From: the human T2T-CHM13v2.0 reference genome, Homo sapiens
Strand: one strand, 5' to 3'
DNA length: 64,000 nt
Assembly (NCBI RefSeq): GCF_009914755.1
Contig: NC_060926.1
This document shows, piece after piece, positions 15,481 through 30,200 of this stretch; position 1 is the first letter of the stretch; each line of letters starts with the position of its first letter. The notes beneath the pieces were generated by a model. The model did not search any database. It saw only the letters and a program-made list of their open reading frames with translations, and had not been told where the DNA came from. A program made the position numbers and the translations under genes.

Positions 15481-17430
15481 ATCTCAAAGAAATTGAGCAA
15501 TCCTTGGTATAAATGCTCAAGGGAGAAGGTCATTGTTAAAATTCAACTAGGTGATTATTGGAAAGGTGAAAAGTGCCTAGTAACTTCTACTTGAAGTGTA
15601 GAATAATAGAGTAAATATATGTTAAATCCTCTGCCACTTAGAGTGGTGATTTGTTTACCCCCAAGTTGATTCAGGCATAGGAGCAGGTTGCCTACCTATA
15701 TTACATGGTTATTAAAAACAACTTAGAGAAAAACTATGTGAAACAGAAATTGACAGAGAAAATAATCTTCTTATCTTTTTTGCTTGACATTTTACCCTAA
15801 GTAAAAGATGCTTCAATTTCTTCTGTTATGGTTTGTAAACATTTCCCAAACAAGATAATTTCCCCTGATAAAATACAGATATGCATTTTCCAGACTTTAG
15901 TCCTGCAAATTCACAAAACAAATGGAAACAGTGGCCAATTCATAGAAAATTGGATATCATTTCAATATGTTCAGCTTTGCTTCAACCATTTTTAAATATT
16001 AATAAATTTGAATTTTTAAGAATTTTTTATTAATAAGTGAAATAATCAGACTGTTTTATTTTTTGTTTTATAGAGATTTCTGGCAAATAAACACATGCTT
16101 TTATTCAGGAGCTTGATCATCAGAATTATTTTAGGTGGCACATATTTTGTAAGAATATAATAAAATTTACTTAGAAGTCCTTGAAAAGCTGAGATCATTT
16201 ACAATAGAGTAATTGGGTTAAATTATAATCATCTCTCAGTTTTGAGTTTCAGATGGCATTGTTAACTTACTCTTAATTATAGTCTTTCAAGCACATCATT
16301 ATGGCATTATAATAATTTTGACAAGAAATGATGATTAAGTAACTTTTTCAGCTAAAAATATATGGATGAATCTAATGTGCTTATGAATAATAAACTCACA
16401 AATTTGGCTGAGGCACATATATTGAAGACAGTTCCTATAAATGATCACTGCTAATGCAATGCTTAAAAATCACACACACACACTTTTAAAATAACAATGT
16501 AGGATATTCAAACTTCAAAACATTTTAATTGGTATTAAAATTATTCCAGGCTCTTAACACCCACCAATAATCATCAATGAATGGAATAGAGAATAATGAG
16601 TAAGACTGAATAGAAGCCAAAATATAACCGAGAGACTGAATGTCTAATCAAAAGAGAAAGTTTCTCGCTTCCAATTTCTTGTCCCTAACTCTACATAATC
16701 TTGACAACTCTCATTCTTTATCCTTTCATCCTTTCATTGACGGTTAATGAGTCTCATAAATGTTAGTTTCTATTTCAGCCTAAAGTAAAACTTAGGCAAT
16801 GGAAATACAGTATTTGTGATTTAAAGGTTTATAAATGGTGTCACAATTTCAGTACTTTATTAATACCTGATTAAGTTTAGGGTATTTTTTCTTTTTAATA
16901 TGCCAGGCACTGTTTTTGTAAAAAGTGTGTGGATTTCACAATTTGTCTAGTAATGATCATTAGCAAAATAGAAAGACAAACATAAAGGCAAAATATTCCA
17001 CTCTGAAATCTCATTTCTGTTTGGTATTCAAAATAAATTGACTAACCAGTCATTATATTTAACACATTGTATTATTATTTCATCCACTGTTCTTCACTAT
17101 TTTAATTGTGAATTATCTTAGTTATATGTCGTCATGCAATTGTAAAAATTTAATATTGGGAAAGATATGCAAATTTCACTTATCTATAATTTTAAATTTC
17201 TCCTTTATTTGAAATTTAGAACAGCACTATGAGAATATTTTTACTGTGTGATTGAAGAATATCTTTTCAAAATGTAGCTAATTTTCTCCACTTATTTCTG
17301 CATATTATTCTTTATGTGAAGTATTCTTGAGTCTTTCAATTGCATTAATCCTAAAATTATCTAAAAATTATTCTGTTTAATTTTTGAGGAGATTTTCTAC
17401 TGAAAGCAATTGTATAGAAATCCATGTAGG

Positions 17431-17736
<306 letters not shown>

Positions 17737-18684
17737 CTACATGTAGGCTTCAGGATCATTCAACGACCTTTTTATACGGTATTCTTGAATTATTCATTTT
17801 CTCAGTTGACCTTCATAATCTCACCATTTGGGCTACCCTGCTACAGTATCAAGAAGCCTGTATTATCTCTTTTTGAGATTTGAGAATATATAAAATGATA
17901 TATTATAAAAGACTAAAAATAAAACTAATTTGTTAATTTATTATATATTTATGCATATATAATTAACATATTCGTATATATTATACATAACATATATTTA
18001 CTAGTTTTGTTTATATATATGCACGCTATGTATACACACATATATTTATAGGCATTATCGTATCAGAATTTGAACTTTTCTTAACTCATTGGAGATCAGC
18101 TATTTGCCTTTATATTTAAAGATTCTATAAAGTGGGGAGAACTTTTTTGTTGTTCCGCTAAAAGTGGGGAACCATTTTTATGACTAGTATCTTGTGTTCC
18201 CTCAGGAAATTCAAGCTAGAACAATAAATTATAATAAAATATATAGGTTTAAAAATATTTAAATAAATTATTATCTCATAGCTTCTAAAATGAAACTTTA
18301 AATTTTAAAGAGTACATAATGCTTAATTTTTAAGAAACTAGCTAGTAACTACACATAACACCTAATATGACTCTCATTTTTTTCTGTTCTCTACAAATGT
18401 GTATAGAAACTTATGTTCCACAGAAGGCCAGATTCAATCAATCTGGTATATAGTTTTGCCACTCTTTGAGAAGAAACTCAATATGCTATTCCATATGGAA
18501 GTTTTTAGCCAAAGAAACAATTTTATTCAATATTCACCACAATTTTATTTTTTCTTCAACTCCTACTTGATTTTAGTATTTTTAAGATTTTCTCAACCTT
18601 TTACACCCCTGCATTTCCAAAAATTTATATCCAGTATAATGTAACATGTGAATTTAAAAATGGGAAAGTTGATAGTTATACCTC

Positions 18685-19204
18685 AGTGATGGCTAATTTT
18701 ATATGTCAGCTTGACAGAGTGACATTTTACAGAGTGCCCAGGTATTTAGTTAAGCATTATTTCTGGGTGTGTCTGAGAGGGCATTTCTGTATGAAATTAG
18801 CATTAGAATCAATAGACTCTAGATTTATATTGGGAGAAGACTGTCTTCCTCAGTGTGGGCAGGCATCATTCAATTTATTGAGGTCCTAAACAGAACGAAA
18901 AGTTAGAGGAAGGAAGAATTTGCTCTCTCTGGCTGACTGCATTAGCTGAGACACTGGTCTTCTCCTGTCCTCAGCCTGGGACTTACAAGATTGGTTTTCT
19001 GATTCTCAGGACTTTTGTTTCAAAGTAAAAGCATACTACTAGTTTTCCTATGTCTCTAGTTTGCATAATCATGTGAGTTATTTCCTTACACCATATATTA
19101 TAGGTAATATAGTATGAGAAATGTACGCACATGCGCACACACACATACCCCATATACGTATTACCGAATTGGTTCTGTTTCTCTGGAGAAACCTGGCTAA
19201 TATA
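18685..19204 (+). mobile_element. MLT2 (B/D-like, ERVL) solo LTR
   Basis: gtgatggctaattttatatgtcagcttgac...ttggttctgtttctctggagaaacctggctaatata. Confidence 0.85.
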
Positions 19205-20311
19205 TCACCTGAGCATGATTCTGATTTAATCAAATCTCTGTCTTTCAGAAACTATTAACTTTTTCTAAAATAGTTCCCCTTAAGCAATATTTACAATTGC
19301 ATTTAAATATACCATGTCAAGCAATGTAAGCAGAAGTTTTCTTGTTGAATGTACTATCTCCTCTTTGCCATTACTCTTATGTTCTCTCTATTTTTTGATT
19401 GTCACTATTTGGAATAGCTCGGGAATAATCAGTAACCATGGGAGTTTCATTGTCATAACAGGAGACAGAAACAAACATAATATATTCTTCAGTATGAAGA
19501 CTTTAAATCCAACTCAATCCGTTACCTAAGCCACTGTCCTTCAGCAGTTATTTTCAGAGATCTCCAGAGACTTGTGGGGCAGAAAGGGGTATGTAAAAGC
19601 TGGAGACCTGAACTATAAATAATTAGAATACAAAAGAATTGTGAGCAAAAATCCTCAATGTAATTATTAACTGTTAACACAGCAAACAGCACCTGATGCC
19701 TGCCTTTCTCACAGCCCAATCCTCCTGGATCTCTGAATTATTCCCCCATCCCTGAAAAATGCCAGATGTTGTTTTTGCTCAAGCACCCTCATGATCTCTC
19801 TCATCCAATTGACCTAAAGAAAGTGCAATGAAAAAGTCTCTAAATTAATATCTCAAATTAGCTTAGACTGGACTTAGATAAAGATGTTCCAAAAAGCTTT
19901 TTCAGAAATTAAAAAAGTGATAGTCTTTCTTTGTTTTTATAATATTTACCAAATTTTTCTTGAATGATACTAAAAGTTACAGTCTCCAGCAGAATGTATA
20001 CTATGTAATAGTACGGGGTAGCACCATAAATGAGAAAAGTGCCAGAAGTATGATTGTTGAATCTATAAATGAATCTTTATATGTGTAACTTAAACATTCC
20101 TATAGCTTCATTTAAAAAAATTTTGGTAAAATCAGGTAAAATAATGGTAAATATTATGGCCATAAAAGTTTACAAAGTGCTTTCCAATATTCTGCATATT
20201 TAATTTATTCTTTATAACATTTCTGTGGGATGTTTTACCCACTATAATTCATTCAAAAATAAACTAATACTCAGGGAACTTGGGTAAATTGTTCATGGCA
20301 ACAAAGTATAA

Positions 20312-20796
20312 TATGATGGTTTACTTTGTGTGTCAACTGGATGGGGCCACGGGTGTCCATATCTTTGGTCAGACACATCAGCCTCTCCAATACCTTCCAC
20401 CTAGGCCAGGCAGAGAAAGGCAACTCCTGTCATTCACTGTAATGTGTAACCATTAGAGCAGCATCTACCTTGGTATCTCACGATCTTCATCTGTAAAAGG
20501 GATAACCATAGTCATTGGTGGGATGCCAAGGGAAAGAGGCAGAACACAAGTCACACTGGAAACTATATTTTATAGCTTTGTTCAAAACTATTTTGGAAGC
20601 AAGAATATTTCTTCACATCAATTTTAATGACTAATAGTACTATAGCACATGCAACACCAGTTCAGGGTAATAAATTTCTAATAAATCTTTCTGCTACTAA
20701 AAAATAAAATGAACGTGTGTGTGTGTGTGTGTGCGTGCGCGTACTTATATGTACATTCTTTTAGTTCTGTTTTGCTAGAGAACCCTGACTAATACA
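20312..20796 (+). mobile_element. MLT2-type LTR termini with a non-MLT2 interior, inside a MIR remnant
   Basis: 5' tgatggttttactttgtgtgtcaactgg...tttggtcagaca and 3' gttctgttttgctagagaaccctgactaataca. The interior does not resemble the MLT2 at 18685. Confidence 0.65.
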
Positions 20797-23700
20797 CAGA
20801 GCTATTAAAAGTTAGTACTAAACACAAGCCTAGTCTCAGGTCTTTTGGTACCAAAACCTGTCATTTCCCACCACACCACAGTTCCTTTTGAACAAACCAT
20901 TGCTTCCCCTCCCATTAGGATGTACAAACAATGGATAGCCCTACCTGTCTCAGGTTCTTCTCATGCAAGGGGAGAAAGTAATGGAGGGAGAAAGGAAGGT
21001 AGCAAGGAAGGCAACAAAACTTACCTTTGTTAGTTCCTATTATGAGTCATATACTTTTCTCTGCTTTTTACACAGACAACATAATTTCAGGAGTTCTCAC
21101 ATAGTGAGTCTACATTTACGTTGTAGGATTAACAATACTGAAACTGCTCTAGACTGGAGTAATGCCAAGATAATTAAACAATCAGGCTGGATGTAGTTAT
21201 AGGACATTTACAGAAGCAGATCAGATAAACTGAAAATTCAACAAGCAGAATTAAATGAATTGCTATATCATACATTACATCCTAAGCATTTTATAGCAAT
21301 ATCAGGTCCAAACAGGTAACAAGAGAATCAAATCTAAATTGAGAATGGTTTTATTCACAAAATACCTAAGTATTTTTAATGATGATCAGATATGACAGGA
21401 ATGAAAGGTCCATTTTAGTAATAATATTAAATAATGATTTATAGAATTTGCAAAATTTTGGGTGCAGAATGGGAATCAGATTTTTACACAATGCTTAGGG
21501 ATATATACCAGCTGATTAGATGATTTGATTGGGAGATACCATGACCCAAGAACTAAATATTATTGCCATTTTCCTTATCTATCATGGCATAGTCACACTG
21601 ACTCTTTCTGTTCCCTTAATAACCAATCTCTTTCTTTATATCATTTTCAATAGCCATATCTGCTACCTGGATTTCCCTATCCTTTGAAATTCTGTTTGAA
21701 CCTTTCCTGTCATTTAGATTTCCTTTGAAATGTCACCTGGCAAGGGAGTTCTTCCCAGATCTTTAAGTAACCACCAGTAATTCTCTATGCATCAACCTAT
21801 TATAATCTATTGCTTAGTTCTTACTATCTTTCTTGCTTGTGGATTTTTTTTACACACCTTACCTACAAATATCCCAACCTTTTTCTTTTTGTGTATAGCT
21901 TCACTTCCTGCATTTAGAAGCTTTCTACTCTGTAGTTGTGTAGTCAGCAAACACATTTCCAATAGTATTTCTCAGCTCTGTAAGTTGAACTGTCTCTCCT
22001 GTTATTATAAAACATGTGTGTTATAAAAAATTAAACAATCACATAAAACCTATTAGGATTTCTGCTTTTATGAAACAATATTTTTTGGATGTTTAATACT
22101 AAGGATATATTTAAGTTTTGTGTTTCTTAATTTTAAAAATAACAGATTTTAGGAATTTATTCTAAGAACTACCTCCCTATTTTTTATTGCTATTCTTTCA
22201 TATTACCATGGAAACAGTACCTATTTTTATACAGTCAACAAATATTTGTTTCATGAATAAGTGTTCTGAAATGGCAACATGAGGAGCTCCACGGAAATCC
22301 TCCATGAAACTGGTGAAATTTATATACGTTAAGAAAAGGTCAATGTTAAATCTATGGGTATGTTTCTAAGAGTGTACAGGAAATGAAGAAACATTTATTC
22401 AAGAAAATCGACTAAAACTCAGTAAAAACAGTGAGAGTCTGTGATATTAGAACTATGATCTACAATGTCCTTTCTCACTCCCAGCAGATTATGACTTCCA
22501 TTCCAGGTGAGTATAACTAACAATACAGGTTCAGGTTATTCTACCCCAACTGCCAGCTGTGAGCTATGGCATCTTTGTGTGAGAGGTAGGAAATCAATCT
22601 TTTTTATTTCATCCTTCATCCTTCACATTCCTGTTTTGGAGACTAAATTTTGGTTGACTTTGCCTTAGATGTTGGTATCTATCTTCTTCCACCCCTCCCA
22701 AACCTGTGGGACAGAATGTCTACCTTGAGAACACTTGTTAAGGATATTAGGATCCTGAATGGCTTCACATTGGCTCATTCACAGGATGAAGGTTCAATGA
22801 TGGAAGAAGCAAGAAAAGAGCAGAAATGTCAATCAAAGAGAAGCAGGACAGTGTTCCCGCTCCTAGATCCAAAGATGTGACCTGAGTTTTTTTTCCCCAG
22901 AGGGGACAGTCAGGCCATAAAAAGTGAGCTCAGAAGCTTTTCCTAAAATAATTGTCATTATGTGAAACAGAGTGTAGGGAACTTCAAACCTAAAAGCATG
23001 CTAAAAAATTATGAAGTTTTCAGTGGAAAGCAATTAAGAGGATACTAATAATTTCATTAGAGGTATAAGTTAAATCACAGAGCAACAGGCTTATCAGAGT
23101 AACCAAATGAATAAACAGTTAAGAAGTGCTCTCCAAAGATCAGGGCAAACCAAAATGTTGAACCTAAAAACTATTCATGCAAAAGATCCCAGATTAACTG
23201 GATTAACCTGTGGAGGAATTTATGCTCCAGAACACATTAAGAACAACAGAATAATGAGCTGGCAATTAGAGGATATTAACATTTGGTTGTGGTCAGAAAA
23301 AGAGACAATCAAAGAAAGCCCTACTAAAACAACTGTCATTTTAGGCTAGTTGTGTACATATCCAAGGCAGTGAGATTTGAGGAGCAATATCAGAGGCTTT
23401 TAGTGGGTGGAGGGAGAAAAGGAATAGACTGTACTGAAGTTATCCATCTAGTCATGAAACAAATAATTAAATGAATAACTAAAACAGGCTTCAGAGGGAG
23501 GAGAAAAAAACAATGAATAGGGTTATTGGAATATATTATCTAAAATTTTTAGTTTTCTGGAAAAAAATTATGAGACATTTAAAGATAAACACAAAAAATT
23601 TGGCCCATATAATGAAATAAATTTGAGCAAAAGCAACTGCATGTGAGAATTATTAGAGGTTGTACTTAACAAACAAAAGGTTCAAAATAGCCATTATACA

Positions 23701-24703
23701 TATATTCAAAGAAGCAAAATAAATGATGCTTTAAAAAGTAAAGGAAGGCATGATGATATGATCTCATCAAATAGACAATATCAATAAAGGAACAGCAGTT
23801 ATAAAAGGAACCAAATTGTAATTCTGGGGTTTAAAAACCCAGCAACTGAAATGAAAAAAATCACTAGAGTTGATCAACAGTGGACTTAAACCTGAAGAAG
23901 AAAGAATAAATAAGCTTGAAAAATAGATTGATAGAGATTATACAATCAAACTAATAGAAAGAAAAGAGAATGAATAAAAGTAAACAAATTCAGATAAATG
24001 TGGGGCACTATTAGGCACACTAATATACTTTTAATGGAATTACTATGGATGAGAAGGAAGAAAATAATTAGAAAACAAGTTGTAAAAGTTGGAAAGCTTT
24101 CCAAATTTGATGAAAGACATGAATATACAAATTTAAGGAGCTCATTGAACACCAAGTAACATGAAAACAAACAGAGACACACACAGACATATCATGGAAA
24201 AGTACAGAAAGTCAAAGCAGAAAATTTTGACAAGATCAAGAGAAAAATGGTTTCTCATCTACCAAGAAACTCCAATAAGATTAAACAACTGACTCCTCAT
24301 CATAAAAATGGAGGCCAAAGGAAGTAGAGTAATATATTTAAAGTGCTGAAAGAAAATACTGTAAACCAAAAATTTTACCTAGCAAAACTATCTTTCAAAA
24401 ATGAAAAAAAAATCAAAACATTCACAGGTAAACAAAACCTGAGGGAATTTATCACTAGTAGATACAATTTACAAGAAATAACAAAGGATATTCTTTAGGC
24501 CAAAAGCAAATGACTCCAGACAATAGTTCCAATCTACATAAAAAGAAAAACAAAACCAAAGGCCTCCAGTAAAATTAACTGTGTAATTATTAAATATAGC
24601 AAATATGCATATGTCTTCTACTTTTTTCTTCTAATGACTTAAAAAGGAAGTATATAAAACTATACACACACACACAGACAGATATATAAAAATAAAATTG
24701 TAT

Positions 24704-25108
24704 TGATATGGTTCAGATCTGCGTCCTTCCTCAAATTTTACATTGAATCGTAATCCTCAGTCTTGGAGGTGGGGCACAGTGGGAGGTGATTGAATCATGG
24801 GGGTGGTTTTTAATGATTTAGTATCCATCCCCCTAGTGCTGTCTTGTGATAGAATTCTCATTAGATCTGGTTGTTTAGAAATGTGCGGCACTTCTCCCCA
24901 TTTTTCTCCCTCCTGCTCCAGCCATGTCAGACATGCCAGCTTTCCCTTTGCCTTCTGCCATGATTGAAAGTTTCCCAAGGCTTCCCCAGAAGCAGATGCC
25001 AGCATTATGCTTCCTGTACAGCCCATGGAACCTTAGCCAATTAAGCCGTTTTTCTTTATAAATTACCCAGTCTCAGGTTTTATAGCAGTGTAAGAACTGA
25101 TTAATACA
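24704..25108 (+). mobile_element. MSTA/B-like solo LTR inside the L1
   Basis: tgatatggttcagatctgcgtcc...agaagcagatgccagcattatgcttcctgtacagcc...gattaataca. Confidence 0.9.
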
Positions 25109-26994
25109 ACTACAAAGAAATTGTGTGGGAGGTAAACTATATTGGAGTAGGAAATGACACCAGGTGGTAACAGGTATCCACAGGAATAAAGAAAACCACA
25201 AATAAAATATAAGAAAGTTAATATTACCATCTATATAAATACATATTTGCTCGCCTCTCTTCTCCCACTTGTTTAAGAGACATATAATTATATAAGGTAA
25301 TCATAGTACAAATGTGGGGAGAAGGGAATAGAGCTATATTAGTATATTGTTACTAGAGCTCAGTGGAATTAGGTTAGTCTAAATGTGAAGTATCAATGTT
25401 AAGATATATATGGTAAGCCCTAGAACAACTAATAAGAAAACAGCTAAAAAAATAGATATAGCAAACAAATTGAGGTGATTAATATGTTACATTAGAAAAT
25501 ATTAATTTAATGTATTAAAAGGAGTAAATAAAAGAATATAAAACACATATAGAAAACCAAAAGAAATTCACAGACATAAATCCAACTATATCATAATAAC
25601 ATTAATTGTGAGTAGATTAAAATCTCCAAATGACATACATGGTCAGAGGGATTTAAAAGATATAAGATCCAGCCATATACTTACTACAGAAGACAAACTT
25701 TGGATTCAAAAAGAGATCATGAAAACATAAATTATAAGAAATATGGAATGGCCGTAAAAAATTTGGTCTCTAAACCAAGTAAATATTACTAAGAAAAAGA
25801 TACTTATTTCATAGGGATAAAAGTTTAATCTATAAGTTGGATGTAACAATCGGACACTTACAAAACAGGGCCCCCTCCCCCAAAAAATGAAAAATAAAAC
25901 TGACGAGAAGAAAGAAAAAGAGAAAGAAATGATAATTTAAAAAATAGAGAATTAAACACTTTCAATAATGGCTAGAACAACCAAGCAGAAGATTATCAAA
26001 GAAGTAGAAGACATCAACAATACTCTAAACCAACTAAATCTAACAGACATTTCTATAATACTGCAGCCAACAATAGTAGAATACACACTTTCCTCAAGTG
26101 TACCTGAAACTTTCTCCAAGAGAGACAGTTTATGACCATTAAACAAGTCAAAATAAATTTTAAAGGATTCAAATTACACAAAGTATGTTCTCTGGTCACA
26201 ATGCATTGAACATAGAAATCAATAACAGAAATCTGGTAATCCCATAAATATATGAGTACTAGATAACGTACTCCTAGATACCTAAGAGGTCAAATAAGAA
26301 ATCACGAGAGCAATTGGAAAGTGCTTTGAGATAAATAAATGTGAAGGCACACCACACCAAAAGTTATTGGAATCATGTAAAGCACTGCTTGAAGGAAAAT
26401 TTATAGTTGGAAATATCTACATAAAAAGCAAGAATGATTCCTAATTAGCCTAAACTTCCACTTTGAGAGACCGAAAAAATAAGAGCAAATTAAACCTGAA
26501 GCAAAAAGAAGAAAAAAATACATATTAGGTTGGAAATTAATATAATAGAGAACAGAAAAGCAACAGGGAAAATAAAGCCAAAAGTTGGTTCTTTGAAAAA
26601 AAATTAACAAAATAAGCAAATATTTAGCTATATTGACACACACACAGACAAAGCAAGAAAGAATATTAAAGTTACTAGAATTAGAAAGGAAATAGCACTA
26701 CCTTACAGAAATGTATATATTTTTATATTTATAGTTATACATCTTAAATATACATTAATAAATGTATGTATATTATGAGCAATTGCATGGCAATGAATTA
26801 GATAGCTTAGATGAAATGGATACATTCCTAGAAAGACACAAACTACCAACACTGACACAAGGAGAAAGGCAATTGAATAGACCTGGGCAAGTAAGAAAAT
26901 TAAATTATTAATAAACAATAACTACCTCAATAAATAAAACAGGTTAGATGGCTTCACTGGTTTATTCTACCAACCATTTAAAGAATTAATACAC

Positions 26995-27275
26995 CCGGCA
27001 TGGTGGCTCACTTTGGAAGGATCTCAGCACTTCGGAAGGATGAGGCTGGAGGATGTCTTGAGCCTAGGAGTTTGAGACCATCCTGGGCAACATAGGGAGA
27101 CTCTTTCTCTACAAAAAATTAGCCAGGTATGGTGGTGCACACGCGTAGTACCAGCTACTTGGGAGGGAGGAACGGCTGAGACTGGGAAGTCGAGGATGCA
27201 GTGAGCCATGATTGTGCCACTGCACTACAGCCTAGGTATGAGACAGAATGAAACCCTGTCTCATATATATACATA
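26995..27275 (+). mobile_element. AluJ, degraded, inside L1 ORF2
   Basis: ttgagcctaggagtttgagaccatcctgggcaacatag...gcagtgagccatgattgtgccactgcac. Confidence 0.9.
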
Positions 27276-30200
27276 TATTCCTCACAAACCTCCAAAAAAA
27301 TAGAAAATGCTTCCTAACCTACTTAACCCTAATACCAAAGCCAAACAAAAACATGAAAAGAAAAGGAAACAACAGACCAACATCTCTTATGAATATAAAT
27401 GAAAAAAAATCCTTAAAAATATATTAGCAAACTGAATTCAGTACCATAGAAAAAGAATTACTCACCATGATCAAGTGACATTTATTCCAGGAAAGCAAAA
27501 ATGTTTCAGCATATGAAAATCAATCAATACTATATTAATAGTATGAAGATAAAAAAACAGATGATTGCCTTAATTTGTGCAGAGAAAGCAATTGGCAAAA
27601 TCCAATATTGCTTCATAATAAAAACACTCAACAAACTAGGAACACAAGAGAAAGTTCTCACCCTAAAAAAGGGCATCTACAAAAAACCTCCACTTAGCAA
27701 CATATTTACTAGTGAAAACCAGATGCTTTGTCTCTAAGATCAGGAATAAAAATAACATGTCCACTCTCACCATTTCTATTTGACTTAGAATTGGAAGGTT
27801 TAAGAAGGGCAATTAGACAAGAAAAAAAAGAAGCATCTATATTAAAAATGAAGAATAAAACTATCTCTATTCACAAATGGCATGATCTTGTGTAGAGAAA
27901 ATCTTTAAGAATCTACTTTGTGGGCTTTTAACTTTTAAATGTTATAAGTGAGTTCAGAGAGTTGCAGAAAACAAAATGTAAAAATCAACTGTACTATATA
28001 AATTAGAGAGAAAAATCCAAAATAAAATTAAGAAAACAGTTATACATGCAATAGCACCAAAAAGTAAAATTCTTAGGAATAAATTTAGCAAAATAATTGA
28101 AAATGTCATAATGTACATGAAAAACTACAAACATTGCTGAAAGGTGTTCTAGATAAATAGATGTTCTAGATAAATAGAAAGATATCCATGATCAAGAATC
28201 AGAAGACCTAATATTGTTAAGATAGGATACTCCCCAAATGATCAATAAGTTTTACATAATCCCTTTCAGAATCCTAGCTGACTTTTTGTAAAAACTGACA
28301 AGTGGATCCTAAATTTATATGGAAATTTAAGGTACCCAGTATAGTTAAAACAATCTAGAAAAGAACAAAGTTGGAGTACTCACACTTCCTAACACACTTC
28401 CAAAATAGTGAGGTCCTGGCATTAGGATAGACACATAGATCAATAGAATAAAATGAATAGTCCAGAAATATACAAATACATCTATGGTCAATTGATTTTT
28501 ACAAGGATGAACAGACCATTCAGTGGGGAAAGGATGGTCTCCTCAAACGGCTTTGGGACTACTGGGCATATAGATGCAAAATAATGGACTTGGATCCTTA
28601 TCTCACACTGTGCACAAAATCAACTTAAAATGAATCACAGACCAATATGTAAGAGCAAGAAGTATGAAACTCTTATAAGAAAACCTGGAAGTAAATTTTT
28701 ATGATCTTGGATTTTGCAATGATTTTTTACATTTGACACCAAAAGCACGAGCGACAACAAAATATCAAATAAATTGGGGGTCATCAAAATGTACACTATG
28801 ACCACTATTAGCAAACTTTCCGAAAGATAATACACCACTGGCCAATGAGCACATGAAAATATGCTCAATCTCGTTACTCATCAGATGAATGCAAATTGAA
28901 ACCATAAGAAATAACCCTTCACACCCCTGAGGTTGTCTATAATCAAAATGACAGATAATAAAAAGTGTAAACAAAGACATAGAGAAACTGAAACTCTCGT
29001 AAACTACTGGTGGAAAGATAAAAATGGTGCAGCTACTTTGGAAAACATTTTGACAGTTCTTCAAAAAATTAAATATAGAATTATCATTGGACCCAACAAT
29101 TCCACTTCTAGCTATATATATCCCCCCCCCCCACCAAGTGAAAACATATAGGCTTGGAAAAACTTGCACACGAATGTTTAAAGAATGGATTATTCAGAAT
29201 AATCAAAAAGTGGAAACAAGTATCAAGCAACTAATTAGTAGATAAATAAAATATCATATATTCATACAATGGAATACTGTTAAGCTATAAAAAAGTGAAA
29301 TATTCATGCATGTTTCAATATGATGAACCCTGAAAACATTATACCAAAATGCCAGACACAAAAGATCACCCATAATATGATTACATCTACATGAAAATCC
29401 TGAATAGGCAAGTTATAGAAAGAGCAGCTTAGTGGTTGTCTGACTTGGAAATACTGGAGTGATAGATAAAGGGTATGGGCTTTCATTTTGAGGTGATCAA
29501 AATGCTCTAAAATTGTGATAATGGTTATATAACTCCGAGAATTTTGCACTGTACACTTTAAATGGTTAAATTGTATGTTTTGTGAATTACCACAACAAAA
29601 CTTTCAGTATATAAAAAAGTACGTGTGTGTATACTCCCTCCATATATACATATAAGACTTTCTATACAATCATATAGACTTTCAGGATGAATGTGATGGT
29701 CTAATTGGTCCATGCATTTGATACCCACATCTTCAGTTTTCTAACTGAAATAGGCAAAATTCTTTATCACTAATGAGAATTGGAAAGATATACGACCCAC
29801 TAGGTACCTGAAATTGTGAGTGTGAGAATGATATGGCCTTTGAGAAGCCAGTAATATAAGTATTGATAAATCAGGATTCTTTCACTAGTTCGAGAATAAT
29901 AAGAACCCACATTTGTCCACATTCCAGTTCTATGGTGACTATTTTATTGAAGTATTAAGAGAGCAACACACAAAAGACTGATAGAATTCATGGAAGTAGC
30001 AAAGCACGAAAAAGAGAATGGGACACTAAATATGTATGTATACGTAATATGTAATATAATGGACAGCAAGGTTTATTCAGAATTGCTTCTCCTGTCTGTA
30101 ATTTATGTTATTGGTATAGGGTCAAGTCTGTAAGGTTCAGCTCTTTATCACCTTAGGATAAATGTTCCTACAAAAAAGACATCCATACCTCTTCCTATTT

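Larger units (their letters stand above)
22262..29602 (+). mobile_element. Near full-length ancient L1MB-type LINE-1 (5' UTR, ORF1, ORF2, 3' UTR); decayed
   Basis: Ordered 5' UTR (aaatggcaacatgaggagctcc), ORF1-like region 23.6-24.5 kb, EN/RT-like region 25.6-28.7 kb, and L1MB-type 3' end (tgtacactttaaatggttaaattgtatg). Confidence 0.85.

Noticed and set aside
28144-28178. 17-bp tandem duplication tgttctagataaataga (and similar ones at 4293-4328 and 44501-44519)
   Set aside because: Ordinary slippage duplications with no further structure.
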